Translations under genes and position numbers: made by a program
Notes under the pieces: model-generated
Database searches by the model: none
What the model was told of the DNA's origin: nothing
What the model saw: the letters and a program-made list of their open reading frames with translations, nothing else
Source of the DNA: Nageia nagi
Lineage: Eukaryota; Plantae; Pinophyta
Length of the DNA: 64,000 nt
Reading direction: 5' to 3'
Assembly: GCA_050084985.1 (NCBI GenBank)
Contig: JBITNC010000001.1
Location: forward strand, 186,062,001 to 186,126,000
Shown here: positions 26,150-40,088 of the stretch, piece after piece
How positions within the stretch are numbered: the first letter of the stretch is position 1
Layout: the number at the start of each line of letters is the position of its first letter

Positions 26150-28913
26150 CAATCAAGGGAATGCTATGAATAAATAAAGATCATGAATAGAGTCAAAACC
26201 TCCTAAATAATGGTGTAGTATGCTTCTTCAAAAAAACACTTTTGGTGATGAAGTAACTAGGATGGTCCTAGAGATAAAATTCTCCCAGTATATAGTTAGT
26301 ATTAGAATTGCAAGAAGTATCAAAGAAATGGAAGAAGATGATCTTAGAAATGCCCTAGTTTGAAGATTTCCCTTTTAGGATTTAATTACTATTTGGATTA
26401 ATGATATATGGTAAACCAAAGCAATAATTTTTCTTCTTATGTTTCCTAGAGAACTCTTGATTTTAAAATTCAAATTCAATGAAGATTTATAGAAGGTTAT
26501 TGTACTAGGATAGTAGTTCATCGAGAAGAAAGATCTCATAATTAAGAGATAGCATAAAAGCTATGCTAAAAAGATTAAGAATTTTAACCTCATCCAAACC
26601 AATATCTGCCTACCAAGCTTCAATCCTTCACATTCTCATCCAATAATGATTGCAAGAGTGGCTAAAGAAAATATATCATTAGTCACAATCGAAAGAGCTA
26701 CTCGATTAAAACTCAAATTTATTGATGCAAGATTTATGGTCAATTTGGTTATTATCAAATGATTAATGAGAGAGATAAAATTAAAAATAAAATATGATAT
26801 AAAATTTATTCAACCAATAATGTATGAAAATATGCTAGTAAATGTGGTATCTATAAAATTTTTAAACATTATGCCAAAGACTATCTAGAATAGAAATTAG
26901 TGAAGATGATAATTTAAAGCTTACAACTTACTTTTCTAAAGAAGAGATTACCTCCACTATATTCAAAATGGAAAGGGATAAAGCCTCAGGTACTGATGGT
27001 TTCCCAACTAGATTCTTGTAGGAATTTCGGCATACCATAGGAGGTGATATTATCATGTTTGATAAGGAATTCCAATGGAATAAAACATTACTTAAATATT
27101 GGAATACTACCTTCTTGACCTTAATTCTAAAAATGTAGGGGCCTCCTAATGTAAACATTTTAGACCTATTATATTATATAATACAATTTATAAACTTTTC
27201 ACAAAACTTATGGCTAACATAATAGGACAAATCCTCCCAAAATTCATTTCCCCAAAAAATATGGTGTTATGAGAGAAAGGTAGATTATGGATGGCATTAT
27301 TCTAATGCATGAAATGGTGCATTCCATGAGGTATAAAAATAAAAAGCTATGCTAATTAAACAAGATATGCAGAAAGCTTATGATCATGTTTCTTAGAAGA
27401 TTTTGAATTAGGTTCTTGAAATATTTGATTTTAGAAATCAATAAAGGACTTAGGTTAATCTATGCATTTCTACAACAACTTTCACTATTTTTGTTAATGG
27501 AGAAGTTATGTTTTTTTTAAATCCTCTAGAGTTTTGAGACAAGTTGATCTCATTTCCCCCTATTTGTTTATCACTTTAGTTGAATCTTTAGGTAGGGCAT
27601 TAAAGAAGGCCAACCAATTAGGGAATATTAGAGGTATCAAACTTATAAATGCTTATTCTTCAGTTACACGTCATTAATTTATTAATGATATCATAGTTAT
27701 TGGTAAAGATAATATTAGAAAACTTCTAACCATGAAGGATATGTTGGATGAATATAAAGATGCTTTGAGTTAAAAGATTAACTATGATAAGAATAATATT
27801 TGTTTCTCCAACATTCACCAATGGAGGAAGATTGAGATTGCTCACATCTTCCAATATCAAATGGGTGCTCTCCCTACTATCTAATTTGGTATTCTTCTCT
27901 TTTAAGGTAGTGTTTAGAGAACTTTCTCAAATATAGTTATGAATAGACTAGATAAAAAACTTCTCGAGTGGAAAGCCACCCTTCAAAGTATTCTAATGTA
28001 TATTGATAGTGTTTTTAGAATGCCTACTCTTGTATCTAAAGAGATTAACCAAATATGTGCTATATTTGTTTGAAAAGGTACAAAAGAGAAGAAGAACATA
28101 GATTTGGTGTCTTGGGATATGGTGTGTAGGAAAAAACCTTAAGGAGGATAAGGAATTAGATAAATTAGATTAATCAATTAGGCTTATAAGGATTAAACTT
28201 GCTTAGAAACTCTTCCAGAATCAAGATAAAGAATGGATTCATATGTGTAAATATAAATATTTTGAAGGCATAAATAGTTTGATTAGTATGAATAACCCCT
28301 TAAGAGGATCAAACTTATAAAAAGGGCCAACATAAGTAGGAGATACCATTGTTGGCAATTCCAAATGGGAGCTTAATAATAGCCAAACCATAGCCTTCTG
28401 GGATGATAGATGGTTAAATTCTAGGTCATTGGAAGAAGAACATAATTGATTCTAGCTAATGATATAGGCTAAAACTAAACTAAGAATTAAAGTTACTAAC
28501 TACCTTAAACATCAAGGTGATTCAATTGAATGAGCCTTCCTCATACTAATGATAATAATCTATCTTCTATTAAAGAAACTCTTATGTAGAAATTAGCAAG
28601 AACTCAGATGTACCCAACATAAAAACCTAATTATCTATTTTGGATAGATGAAAAAAGTAAAAAGATGGAATATTTAATTAAATTAGGATACAACCATCTA
28701 AATAGAAATAAAAAGAATATGAGGAAGCATTTATGGTTGAGTGTATAGATAAAAGGACTAATTCCTAAGCGGCATACTTTCTATTGGCTACTATATTGAA
28801 CCAAATCCATACCAATGATATTCTAAAGAAAAAGGGATGAGCTTTCTAATACATGTATTATGTGTACTAAATAAAATGATTCATTTTCTCACCTCTTTCT
28901 CCAATGTGAATTT
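26150..28913 (+). mobile_element. L1-clade LINE remnant with ORF1 fused to RT by a deletion (unit 2)
   Basis: DKASGTDGFP, FRPIILYNTIYK, DMQKAYDHV, LRQVDLISPYLF, and zf-RVT motif CIMC...HLFLQCEF. Confidence 0.9.
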
Positions 28914-31387
28914 GGGAACTGAACCCCCTACATCTATTATATCCTCTAGAAAGAGAGAAATGTAAGGTCATTTAAGGAATGTAGCCAAAATGTTTCTCAA
29001 TTTTGGAAATAATACCTTAGTCTATTATTAAAAAATATTGCCCTCAATTGAACCCCACTAAAGATGCAAAGTCATTCCAATGGATCTGCTTACTGCCCTT
29101 AGAGATCAACCCCACCTCTATGGTTGGGGAAGGGAAGAGCATGTCTATGGACCCATGATGTAGCATTTACATATTGGTTTAATAGAGGGGCTAGGATAGA
29201 CCACCTCTATGATTCAAACATTAATCACATACCCCCTCACACTAAAAGCTTGAGTTACTCGATAAGGTGGCATGAATTATATTGCATTATCCTCAAAAAT
29301 TGAGGTATTGTACATGAATATGGTATACTTTGATATTATTACTTTCTTACCCCATCAATGCTACCCATTATCTATTCATTGCATGGTGTTGTAGCTATTG
29401 TAATTATGGGAAAGAATAGTTTGGCCAAGTCAAGTAACCATTGGGAGGTGAAAGATGATAGTCTAGTTTGGGAAATTTTGGGTTGAGGTGGTGTTCATAG
29501 ATATATCATGAATTATTAGGGTCATAACCTTGCACTTAAGGATGCAAATATTTTCAATTTCAATGAAAAATGAGCTATAATTAGGATTATGCAAGTAAAC
29601 TTGTTTATGGGTAACATTGTTGAAGCCAATGAGTTAAATCTAGATGGAAGAATGTTCAAAAGAAACTCTAATGTGATACTTGAGGAAATTCATTAATTCT
29701 TCAAACTAGGTGAAGTGCTAGTTATAAAGAGGATTAACATTGATCGTAAAAAATTTCCTAATCCATAGGATAGAGTTGAAAAATGGGTCACTAAGTACTT
29801 CATGTTGGATGGTAGGTACACTATCATTATTGGATTCAATATCTTTTTTCTCTATCATTTCTATTAGGTGGGAGAGAGTACCTAGTCTATTTTTCATTAA
29901 TTCTATTAGAATTTCTATTAATCAAATTTATGATAAGGAGAAAAAGCAAATGAGGCATCTAGGTCTCATCACTTTTATGTATATGAAAGCCCTAGCTAGA
30001 ACCCTAGGGAAGAAAATTAAAATTGATCAAACTGTAGAGGATTTTTAAGCTATGAATCCTTCTATGAAATACATTTAGAAGGAGAAATGTGTAGGATACA
30101 ATTTGAAGAGCCATCACAAACTAAATCCTAGAACCCCAAAAAAGTTAGATCCTCTAAAATTTAGTCCAAAAGGAAGTATTTAGTATCAAATTCAAATGGG
30201 GGATTTATTATAATTGAACCTTAAAAAAAAGCTTAAAAGTGGTAAAGTCCAACCTAAAGAGGTTTTTACAAGATCTTAAAGGGATAAAATAACTGATGTT
30301 GTACCTAATAAGAATTGAAAAGTTCTACATGTTTAGGATAGTATCCTTATGGAGGAATTGAAGGTTAATTCCCATTCTATGATCTTAGGAACCTCACATG
30401 GATGAGGAAGGTGTGTATTCATCTACCTCTTCTAATGACCCTATGGAGATTCCTCATCCTAGGTCTCCCTCAATGTAAGAGGAGAAAACCTGGGTAACAA
30501 TTTTGGAGCAATAGGGTCTAAAGGAGAGAATATGGTCTTAGGGGACATTAATAGAATAGAAACATCTCAAAAGCCAAAAGAAGAGGAGTCCTCTACTAAA
30601 AAGGTTGATAGTAAGGATGTCTTGGTTGAATTAATAGATATAGGCCAATATAAGGATGATACTGGAGGAGTTAACACTATTATGGAAATGGATAATCCAA
30701 TGAAAATAGTTGTTTGGTCTCTTGTGATAAAGGAGGTAGAGAAGACCAAAAAAATTGATGTGATGGAAGAAGTGCATCTAGAATGTATCAAATAAAGGAT
30801 ACAAGCTTGATAGAAATGACAACAATTCTCGTTATAAAGAGAAAGGAGTGTATGGAGGGTGATTAGTCTTTCCATTCTAGATATGGGAAGAAAGGAAGTG
30901 ATCATAAATAGGTGAAGAAAGAGATGACTGGATGACCCCTCAATATCTCTCCCCAAGCATAAATCCCAACTAAATAATTAGTTCCCTCTAGATATCCCAA
31001 TTTAATGCAATTTAGAATACATACTAGGGTGGATTCCAAAAAAATGAAAGAGAAGAAAATTTCAAAGTAATAAGGAAAGGAGGGAAAAAGGCTCTTATGA
31101 TTTTATTAATGGTCTCTTTGTAGTTTGTTCTAGCATTTAATATAGTCAAAGCAAAATATATAGTGGATTGTATCCACTAAATATATTAGATAGTAGTTAT
31201 ATCTTTTTTTTTGTATAGCAGTGCTATTTTGAATATATTTTACTAGTGTTGCTATTAATTTTTGGTTACCACCAAGTATAGTTGGGTAGTAGTTTCCTCC
31301 TTTCGAAATCATTTTTGTGATCGATTTTTTTAGGATTGGGATAAAACACTGCACTTTTTGATAATATAATTTACCCTTACTATCAAT
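28914..31387 (+). mobile_element. Unclassified decayed repeat ending in a LINE-like 3' tail (paralog at ~57032-59496)
   Basis: Purine-rich degenerate frame ending ...taatataatttacccttactatcaat. No domain recognised. Confidence 0.35.
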
Positions 31388-34265
31388 CTAATTTAAATAT
31401 TCTTAACCTAAATTTTTATTTTTAAGAATATTTTAAAGTTATTTCTAATTTGAAATAAAATTAACTTAAATTCCATCCTAGCTTCCCACATTCAACCCAT
31501 GGATTCATGAGTAGTGTAAAACCATTAGGCTACATGAAAGCCATTGGTTTTTTAAATTTGTTCTTTAATATAGAAATTACATACTTTATCTACCACCTTT
31601 AAGTAATTTTACTCTTAAGCCAGATTTAGTTCTCCATAAGAATGTTCGTTTAACTTATAAGAAGTCCTTTATTATGATCCTATATAGGATAACTTTATTT
31701 TAAATTCCAAAGTAAAGTATTAAATAAATGTTACAATATTTATTTGAAAACTATGATAATTTTCAAACACTATTATATATCAAGAATACCCTTCTTTTTG
31801 CCACCTTGCTACTCTCCAGCCTTCATACACCCTCTCGACATCCTTTGAGACTATTATTGCCTCTACATTGGCTCCTTTTTTTATGGATCTATAAATGATT
31901 TGTCTATCTATAAGCATTTATAGACTTCAACTAATTTCTCTATTCAATTTTAAGTGAAAAAATATTGATATTAAAGTTCCTTAATTAGAACTAAACATAA
32001 AAAATGAGTATAAAGTTATGCATTTTTCCATACATAATAAGGTAATTTAAATGACCTCCAAGCTATTTATAGTAAAAAATAGCTCATTAGCAAGTTTATA
32101 GGAGCATGACCTAAGGTAGACCATATTTATAAATGAAAAAATACAAATTAAAGAATACAAGGATATTTTGATATTATATTCCTCCTCGAAGTCTTCCTCC
32201 TCTTCATCTCTAACCTATAAGCAAATATATAACAAGTTTCACAAAAAGGTCCTTATATATTTGAAAAGAAGGGTTTCTTTTTCGAGAAAATGGTAAAAAA
32301 TTTCTACTTGAAAAAGAAGGATATACTAGTCATTCCTACTTGGATCCCTCTTATAACTCTATGGAATTTTGAAATGTCAATATCATTATTGGAATTGCAA
32401 ACGTAATTGAGATTATGATCATAATGGACAACATCTCTAAAAATAAAATTAAAATAGTAGCTGCCAAGTTTTATGTCAATTCTAATTTACCTAATGACAT
32501 CCTAAATAAGATCATGATCAATGCTAAATCATGTGGTTATGAATAGATCATGATCAATGCTAAATCTTTCTCCAATTTACCTAAAGAATTCTACCCAAAT
32601 GTATTATATGTAAGATGGTTGGTAATGTGTTTGGGAGTTTTTAAAAAGAAAAAAGAACATTCTCCAAAAATGAGTAATGAAATAAATTGATCTATTAAGA
32701 ATGTCAATATAAAAACTTATTTAACACACTTGTTAATAAATTAGGAAAGTCGAGGAGGGTGAATTTAGGCTCAATGACCCCAATTAGGAGGCCCCTTGAA
32801 AGCAAGGATAATAATATCAATGAAGTAAGTGCCAGTAGTCTTGTAGTAACCCAAAATATTGATCTTCATGTTAGATCATACTTAGTGTAAATTAGGTGTA
32901 TGTGAAGCTTATTAGAACTAGAAGAAGCGAAGTGGAAGATGATGACAAGGATCCTTGAGGTAGGTTACCATTAAGAAAATAAATAGAGAGATTATAAATG
33001 GCATCCAACACAATCTAGAGTAGCGTGGAGGTATGATTAACCCACAATCAAGATGATTACAAGATCCTTAGTTTGAAACCCACTTCTATATTACTTTTTT
33101 TTTAATATTCAATGGAAAGAGCCACATTTGGATAAGTCACCAAATAACTCAAAGATCTTATACACCACTAGCAAATCAATACCAATATGATATTATCAAT
33201 AAACTATGGAAGTATATTTTCCTAATATTTGGTGGCTCATCTTGAGAAAATAAAATCATAGGACATTTAGGAATTGCATCAAGGATCTAGTTGTACTTCA
33301 AGCCAAGCATAAAATCCACATTAGTAAAAAAATTAAGCATTATTTTTCAATTAATAAGGATAACATGATTTTGAAGAAAATATCAACAATTTACCCTTTC
33401 ATCTTGCAACTCATGAATCCTCAATTGTACCATTAACAATCTATGGTTTTGGACAATGATGATCTCTTTTGAAAATGACTCCCAACTTACTTGAATTAAA
33501 ACTTTACTGGTTGACAATCGTATCTTTCAGTTTTCTTTATAATTCCTTTAAAATCAGAATATTAAAATAAATTTTGAATTCGTATATAAAAAATCCTATA
33601 TATATAGAATTGAAAGTATCATGAATGAAGATGAAAACGTATATTTGAGTGGATGATCGTAAATTATTAAGTTCCCTAATTTTGACCAATATTTTAAAAT
33701 CTGCAATAACTAAACTATTACATATGAACGTATAGAAACTTAGGCATCAACAAAAATATTTTACAGGAATTAGATTGTTATTTTAACGATGGTGGAAAGA
33801 TGGACTGATAAATACATGAATTTTGTGGGGAATAGGATTTCATTTTTTCTAATAGTAAAACTTTATCTTAATAATTTTACAATGTAAAATTCTGTGAGCT
33901 GAAAGGTGTTGTAAACTTTTTGACAGTCAATAAAAATTAGTAATGTTATCAATTTCCTAAGTACGTTCGGATTGTCAAATTACTCCTGCTCAATGCCTGT
34001 TAATTCCAAATAGGAAAACTCTGGTTGCTATAAACCAAATGGTCGACGATTGCATCCCAGCTCATCCTCTATGACAAGCAGCAACTTTTTCTTAATCTAT
34101 ATTAGCATTTATCTTACTTGTATGATTCTTCAGATGCCTTCACCCAAAACGGCATCGTATCTCATCATTGCCATGATGAGATTCTATGGACAAACATCGT
34201 CCCGGATAACAGGGCCAACTCCAAATCAAATCGGCTGGTTGGAATAACCAGCGACCACTTGCTCC

Positions 34266-34273
34266 TATTTAAA
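34266..34273 (+). promoter_or_regulatory. TATA-like box of copy 2
   Basis: cTATTTAAAag ending 48 bp upstream of ATG 34321. Confidence 0.6.
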
Positions 34274-34320
34274 AGCATACTACATGAAAATTGAAAGAAC
34301 GTAGAGCTAGTGTTGTCGAC

Positions 34321-34689
34321 ATGGAGTCCGGGCGAAATTTTTTGGTAGTTTTTATGATAGTATTAGGTATGATTGTGTCAGCCTGGGCGGAATGCCAAAT
34401 TACAGACATTAAGGCTACGTTATTAAGCGTGAGTGGTAGCCAAGATTATTATGATATTGAAGTGGTGAATAACTGCAAATCCTGCGATGCCAGGGACGTG
34501 AGGCTGAAGCTGTTACTCCAGTCCGTTAACGGTGGACCAATTTCTTCGCAGGTGGTGATGCCAAACGAGGGCAAACCCATTTTGAAAGCAGGTGGAATAG
34601 CCAGATTCACTCAGTACGAGCAATTCCCTCAACATGTTCTTAGGCTACCTATCGAACCAATATCGGCCACCTTTATCAACTGCAAATAA
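34321..34689 (+). CDS. Secreted cysteine-rich TPD1-like protein, copy 2, 122 aa
   Basis: ATG at 34321, TAA ending 34689. CDS appears identical to copy 1. Cys at residues 25, 52, 55 and 121. TATTTAAA at 34266 and AATAAA at 34748. Confidence 0.85.
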   Translation: MESGRNFLVVFMIVLGMIVSAWAECQITDIKATLLSVSGSQDYYDIEVVNNCKSCDARDVRLKLLLQSVNGGPISSQVVMPNEGKPILKAGGIARFTQYEQFPQHVLRLPIEPISATFINCK

Positions 34690-34747
34690 ACTCCTACATC
34701 TTTACTTCAGTTCAGAATGTAGCGTAGAATGTCTCTCATGTCGTATA

Positions 34748-34753
34748 AATAAA
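34748..34753 (+). terminator. Candidate polyadenylation signal AATAAA (also present after copies 1 and 3)
   Basis: AATAAA ~60 bp after the stop codon. Weak evidence in AT-rich DNA. Confidence 0.35.
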
Positions 34754-37008
34754 GCTTGTGAAGACACAAGATATGAATCCTTTGGAAGGTTATCGATCTA
34801 AAAAAATAATATTGTAATCCTTGCATAGATTAGATATAAAAGCAATCCATTCATAAGGTTTGAAGTGCTTTTATGTTAAATTGGTTCTTGATCCAAACTA
34901 TATTGAGTGGAAACATTAAATTATAACTTCTTAAAATGTGGTTGCTTAATTTAGTTAATAAATTTTATTAATAGATATTCCAATTTGAAATATAACATAT
35001 TTTTTTTATGATTTAATAGTTTTATAGTATTTACAATGGTTTATTTATTTTAATTGAGGAGTTACTCTTAAGAAATAGCATGTGGAACTTGAGCGCTTAA
35101 AAGGGGCATTTTTAATATCAAGTTGAACTATTGGTATATATTTTTAATATCTTATAGGAGAAGGGTGTTTCAAATTCATACATACCTAGAAATAAATTCT
35201 AACAATTAAAAAATATGGCTACGAAAGAGGTATAGGGGCTTTATTCATTTTGTACCCAAAGCTTCATATGATCACCTAGGTTGTTTGCTTTAGATAGCTT
35301 ATGGGTATATTTATTTGCCTTAGTTGAAGCAAGATTATGGGCATGCTTCACCATTTCAACAAGTTTGAATAAATAACTAAATTAAAATTTTATCTATTTC
35401 TTGTTAGAAATTCAATGTAATTATTAGATTTTAAATTATTTGACAAATAATTTCGTATAAAATTTATGTCCATTGATAGTACTTGAAGATTAAGTTTTGG
35501 TTCCTTAATATTTAGATCCCTAAGTCTATTTTACCAAACCTACACTATTTGAAGGTAGTATTAATTAAATACTTGAAGCCTAAGTATCTAGAGCCAAAAT
35601 AAATCCCTTCTCATTTTCTTTTCATGTGTTTTTTGTTGTGATTGATTTGGTCAATAGTGCTTTACCCATTAAAATTCTAAGGCCAACAAAATCTAATCAA
35701 ATCCAAAAAGAATTGGAAGGCTTCATGGTTATCGATTTGCATGCTTATGCATGAAATGGTCAATTTCCTAACATCTTTGGTGCAATTTAAATCATGTTCA
35801 AGTCTAGTTTGTTTATATTTTATGCTCTAACAAGCTATTATGGTTATCAATGTATTCACCATGAAGGTATGAAATTGGTCTTCTTCACCACTATTTTGTT
35901 TATTTCTTTCTAACCATCATTGTTAGGGCTAGTTTTAGATCCATGGTGTTCTAGTATGGGAGCTAGTCAAAAGAGGAATCAAATTAAAGGCATCCATATC
36001 AACAAATTTTAGTTGACTACATCTAGCATATACACCATAGTTTAATATATACAATATCAGCATCTTTCTATACCCTATTTTTTCTTATATTATCATGTAA
36101 TCTAATTTAGAAACCATAAAATAAAATGTGTTTACAAAATCTATTAGAATTTACTCATTGTATTGTAACAAGTCAAAAAGACCTGTTTGTTGTAATCATA
36201 GACACATTCCTTTATAAACTAAGTGCTCAAATGTTTGTTTGGCTTGAGTAAATAACTAAGTCATAATTCTACATATTTGGAATTTATCATCTAAGGTTAA
36301 ATTGATTGGGATTTAAGCATGTTATTTGACTTATGATCATGTTTAAGTTCATATATCATTTTTATGTATTCACTATATAATATTTTAGGTTAAGCTGCTA
36401 GTTTCATTGTTATGTTCACATAACAAAACTTAGAGTTAAATTTTGGTTACATAGTTGAAACTCTAATTGAGTGATACTACCTTAGGTACATCATTGTATA
36501 TGAGAAAGAAATATATATATGTTACATTGAAATTGCATAAATCATTTTCATTAATTTTTCAATTATGATGATAACATTATACTAGGTGAGTATTACATCA
36601 TTTTTTACATAACATGAATTTATTATTTGGGTAAATTATTGAATGCTAGTGTTGTATCATTCATCACTTGATCAATATTTTATGGAATGTACTACACCAA
36701 AAAGGATTTTTATGTTAGTTTAAAACCATTAAAAAAATCCATCATAAAAATATAAACTAAATTTAAGATATATCTTAATGGAACTCAAACATTCATTTAT
36801 AAAATTAAAATATTCTTGTAATTTCATTCCCTCATGTGTGAGAAGCATTTTTTCATAACAACATTTGTGTGAAAATAAAAATATAATAAAATTGGAGAAA
36901 AAGACCTCTTGTAAGAGTTGAGTTGACAAAAGTGAGAATGATGCTAAGAAACAATGAATTCATTAGGTTCAACACCACTTGCAATTCATTGCATTTAGGT
37001 TAGGGTTT

Positions 37009-38531
37009 ATGAATTCTATAGGAACTATGCAAAAAAGTTCATACTACAACATTAAGTTTTATTGGCATGTTCTTTAGTCTATTATTTCATCTATATGCTT
37101 AATACTACAAAGAAGGTCAACCATACATGTGTCGAGTTCCATTATAGATACAATAAGATAATAATTATTCATGGATTTGAAGTATTGATAGCCCTATTTT
37201 AGTAGCAATGAATGGATACATGAAGATAATACATTTAAAGATATAACATTATTTATATTAATGTTCAATATATTTTATTTAATTGAATAGTTTGATGGCT
37301 TCCTTGCTACAACCATTCCTTACATTGTCTTTTATCATTGTAGTCCATGAAATTATTTATTCATAACACATATTGTTAAAACTTTATCATTTAATTCTCC
37401 CATATTTTTATACATAAGTATCAAGGTTGTATTATAATTGCATCATAAATATTATTTCACACATGTTCTATATATTCAAATTATTTGATGGTTTCCTTAC
37501 TATAACCATTCCTTCCATACCCTACAATAATTGTGTTCATAAAATTATTTGTTAATAATGCATCTTGTAAATCCTTATTTATGATCCCATATTTTATACA
37601 TATTATTAGTATTTTTTTCTTATCAAATTACATCATTGTTCAATACCTAATATCTATTTTTTTTATTTGATGGTTACTTTTATAATTATTCCTTTCATCT
37701 AGCAATAATTACATTAATAAAATCATTTGTTCATAATCATTTTATCAAATCAAAATCTTGTGTATTAATGCTCCAATTTTATTACAATAATCCATTAGTA
37801 ATTACATCATATGGATTAATGCCCAAATATTTTATTTATTCGAATACATTTACATATTTCTTAGTATAACCATTTCTTGTATACAATACAATCATTGCAA
37901 TCCATGAAATTATTTATTCATAATGCATTTTTTCCAATAAAACCATTTCTCTCTTAATACTTGCATATTTTTCTTACATATTTATCAATATTATTATCAT
38001 AGTTATATTTTCATGATTAATACCTATATATTACACTTGTTAAAATAGTTTGATGGATTCCTTGGTATAACCATTCCTTGCATACTTTGAAATTATTATA
38101 GTTCATAATACATCATTTTAAACAAAAAGTTTACTCCTATATTTTGTATGCATGTCTACCATGGTTGTTATAACTATTACATCATCTATATTAATGCCTA
38201 CATATTCATTTGTTTAAATATTTTAATGCATTCCTCACATACATTACAATCATTGCAGTCCATCACAATGTATCTTATCAAGCAACACACTTGCTATCTT
38301 AATACTCCCATATTTTGAATACATACCTATCATAGTTTTAACATAATTGCATCATCTATATTAATAGTGACATATTCTATTTGTTCAAATAACTTGATGA
38401 ATAACTTTCTACAACCATTAATTGAATACTCTATAATCACTAAAATGTATGAAATTATTTATTCATAATACATCTTTTAAAATAAAGACTTTATGGTATT
38501 AATTCTCCTAAATTTCACATACATGCATATG
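37009..38531 (-). pseudogene. PLS-class PPR pseudogene, unit 2 copy
   Basis: Reverse complement of 11930-13484. Confidence 0.85.
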
Positions 38532-40088
38532 AAAATTGTTATCATAATTGTATTATTTATGTTAATGTAAAATTCACTTTTGGGACTGAAATTCACTTTT
38601 GGACTCATTCCTTCTAGGAATACTTTTTAATTATGAGTATTTATTTATTTAATTCTTATGTACTTAGGCATCATTGTAACCTTATATAGGATACTTATGG
38701 ATTCCATGGACCAATTATAAGCCCTAAACTAGGACATCTCCCTACAAGGGTAGATTAGAAATATAATTAGTATTTAAGTGTAATGATGGGGATCCGAAGA
38801 TCCCAATGCATGATTAGAGGTGTGCTCATGGATTATAGTTGGGCATATGAGTCATTATGATCCCTAGCCTAATTTGTAGGAATGGAGTGAAGGACCACAT
38901 CCTTATGGATCCCTAGGCATGATCTAGGTATCTATAATGAGGTAACACATATATATGTACATATGGTTGGCACATGATTAGAGAGGATATTTTTAGTACA
39001 TCTAAAATATTCTATCTTCAATGTGGCAAAACCATCTATTAGATCTCTCATTAGAGAAATACGTAATGTAAAGAAGAACATAATGGGATGAAATTTTCAC
39101 TAGGATGTTGGCCGAGGATACAAACCCTTACTCAATCTAGAGTTGTAGTTAGATCCATGGGTTGAAGGCCTTAGTAGTGAGATGTCATCATTTGAGGAGT
39201 GTATGCCCTAGATATAGTCTTTTTAGTGAAGCATCAACCCTTTTAGGAAAATTCGATTATATATTAGTTATTTCATACTTAATATTGATACATTAGCATT
39301 TATATTCTATTTTGTCTTATATGTTGGGTATATTTTTATTATTCAAATTTGTGTTCTTATTCATATTCCTATTAATTTCATAATTATTTTGAAATAAGGA
39401 ATTATTTATAATATTGCAACGATATAAGAGTTATAATCCTATAAAATTAAGGGAGGGTTATTAGATGTAATCAATGAGAAATTTTACCAAAAGCATAAAG
39501 GAAGGAAGTACCCCATGGTACCCCACACTAAATATAAGGAGAAAATAAAGATACAACATGAAGATACAACTCAAAAAAATTGGATGAATGAACTAGAGCA
39601 TGCACATGAGGAGAAAGGAAACACATGAAGAAAGGGATATCTAACCCAAGGATCTAATTGAGAAGAATTTTGATGATTTATTTTCCATGATGAACATGAT
39701 TGCAAATAAGATGTAGTTATGGAATTGAAAATTAGAAGGAGGAATATGAGAGGGATGTAGGTCCTGGAGTAAGCCCTATGACTCCTCATACATAAATATA
39801 TGCCTCTATTTTGGAGAAGGAACCAAGAGGAAAAATGTCCTTACATAGATCTTGTTAGAGAGATCCTAGAGAGGAGAAAGATTTCTTGCATAGATATAGA
39901 GGTTTAGGGCCTAACCAAGAAGGCCAAAGGTTTGAGAAGAAAGAACCTATTTTTCAAATATCCAAATAGGCTAGAATGGTAAATAATGGAGGGAATTACT
40001 TTTTCAAAACTAGATATACTAGATATCAATTATTTTGTGAACTAATGGATAGGGTATGCAAGGAATGGTTATAGTACATCCATTAGTA

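Noticed and set aside
30532-30956. 87-aa and 129-aa ORFs (paralog 58663-59070)
   Set aside because: Frames are not conserved between units and no domain is recognisable; they lie in decayed repeat DNA.
34284-34304. Short upstream ORF ATG AAA ATT GAA AGA ACG TAG
   Set aside because: The ATG is only ~11 bp after the TATA-like box, so it is probably upstream of the transcription start.
34291-34320. 10-aa N-terminal extension MKERRASVVD in the ORF track (all three copies)
   Set aside because: It starts at TTG and lies near the likely transcription start. The downstream ATG gives a clean signal peptide.
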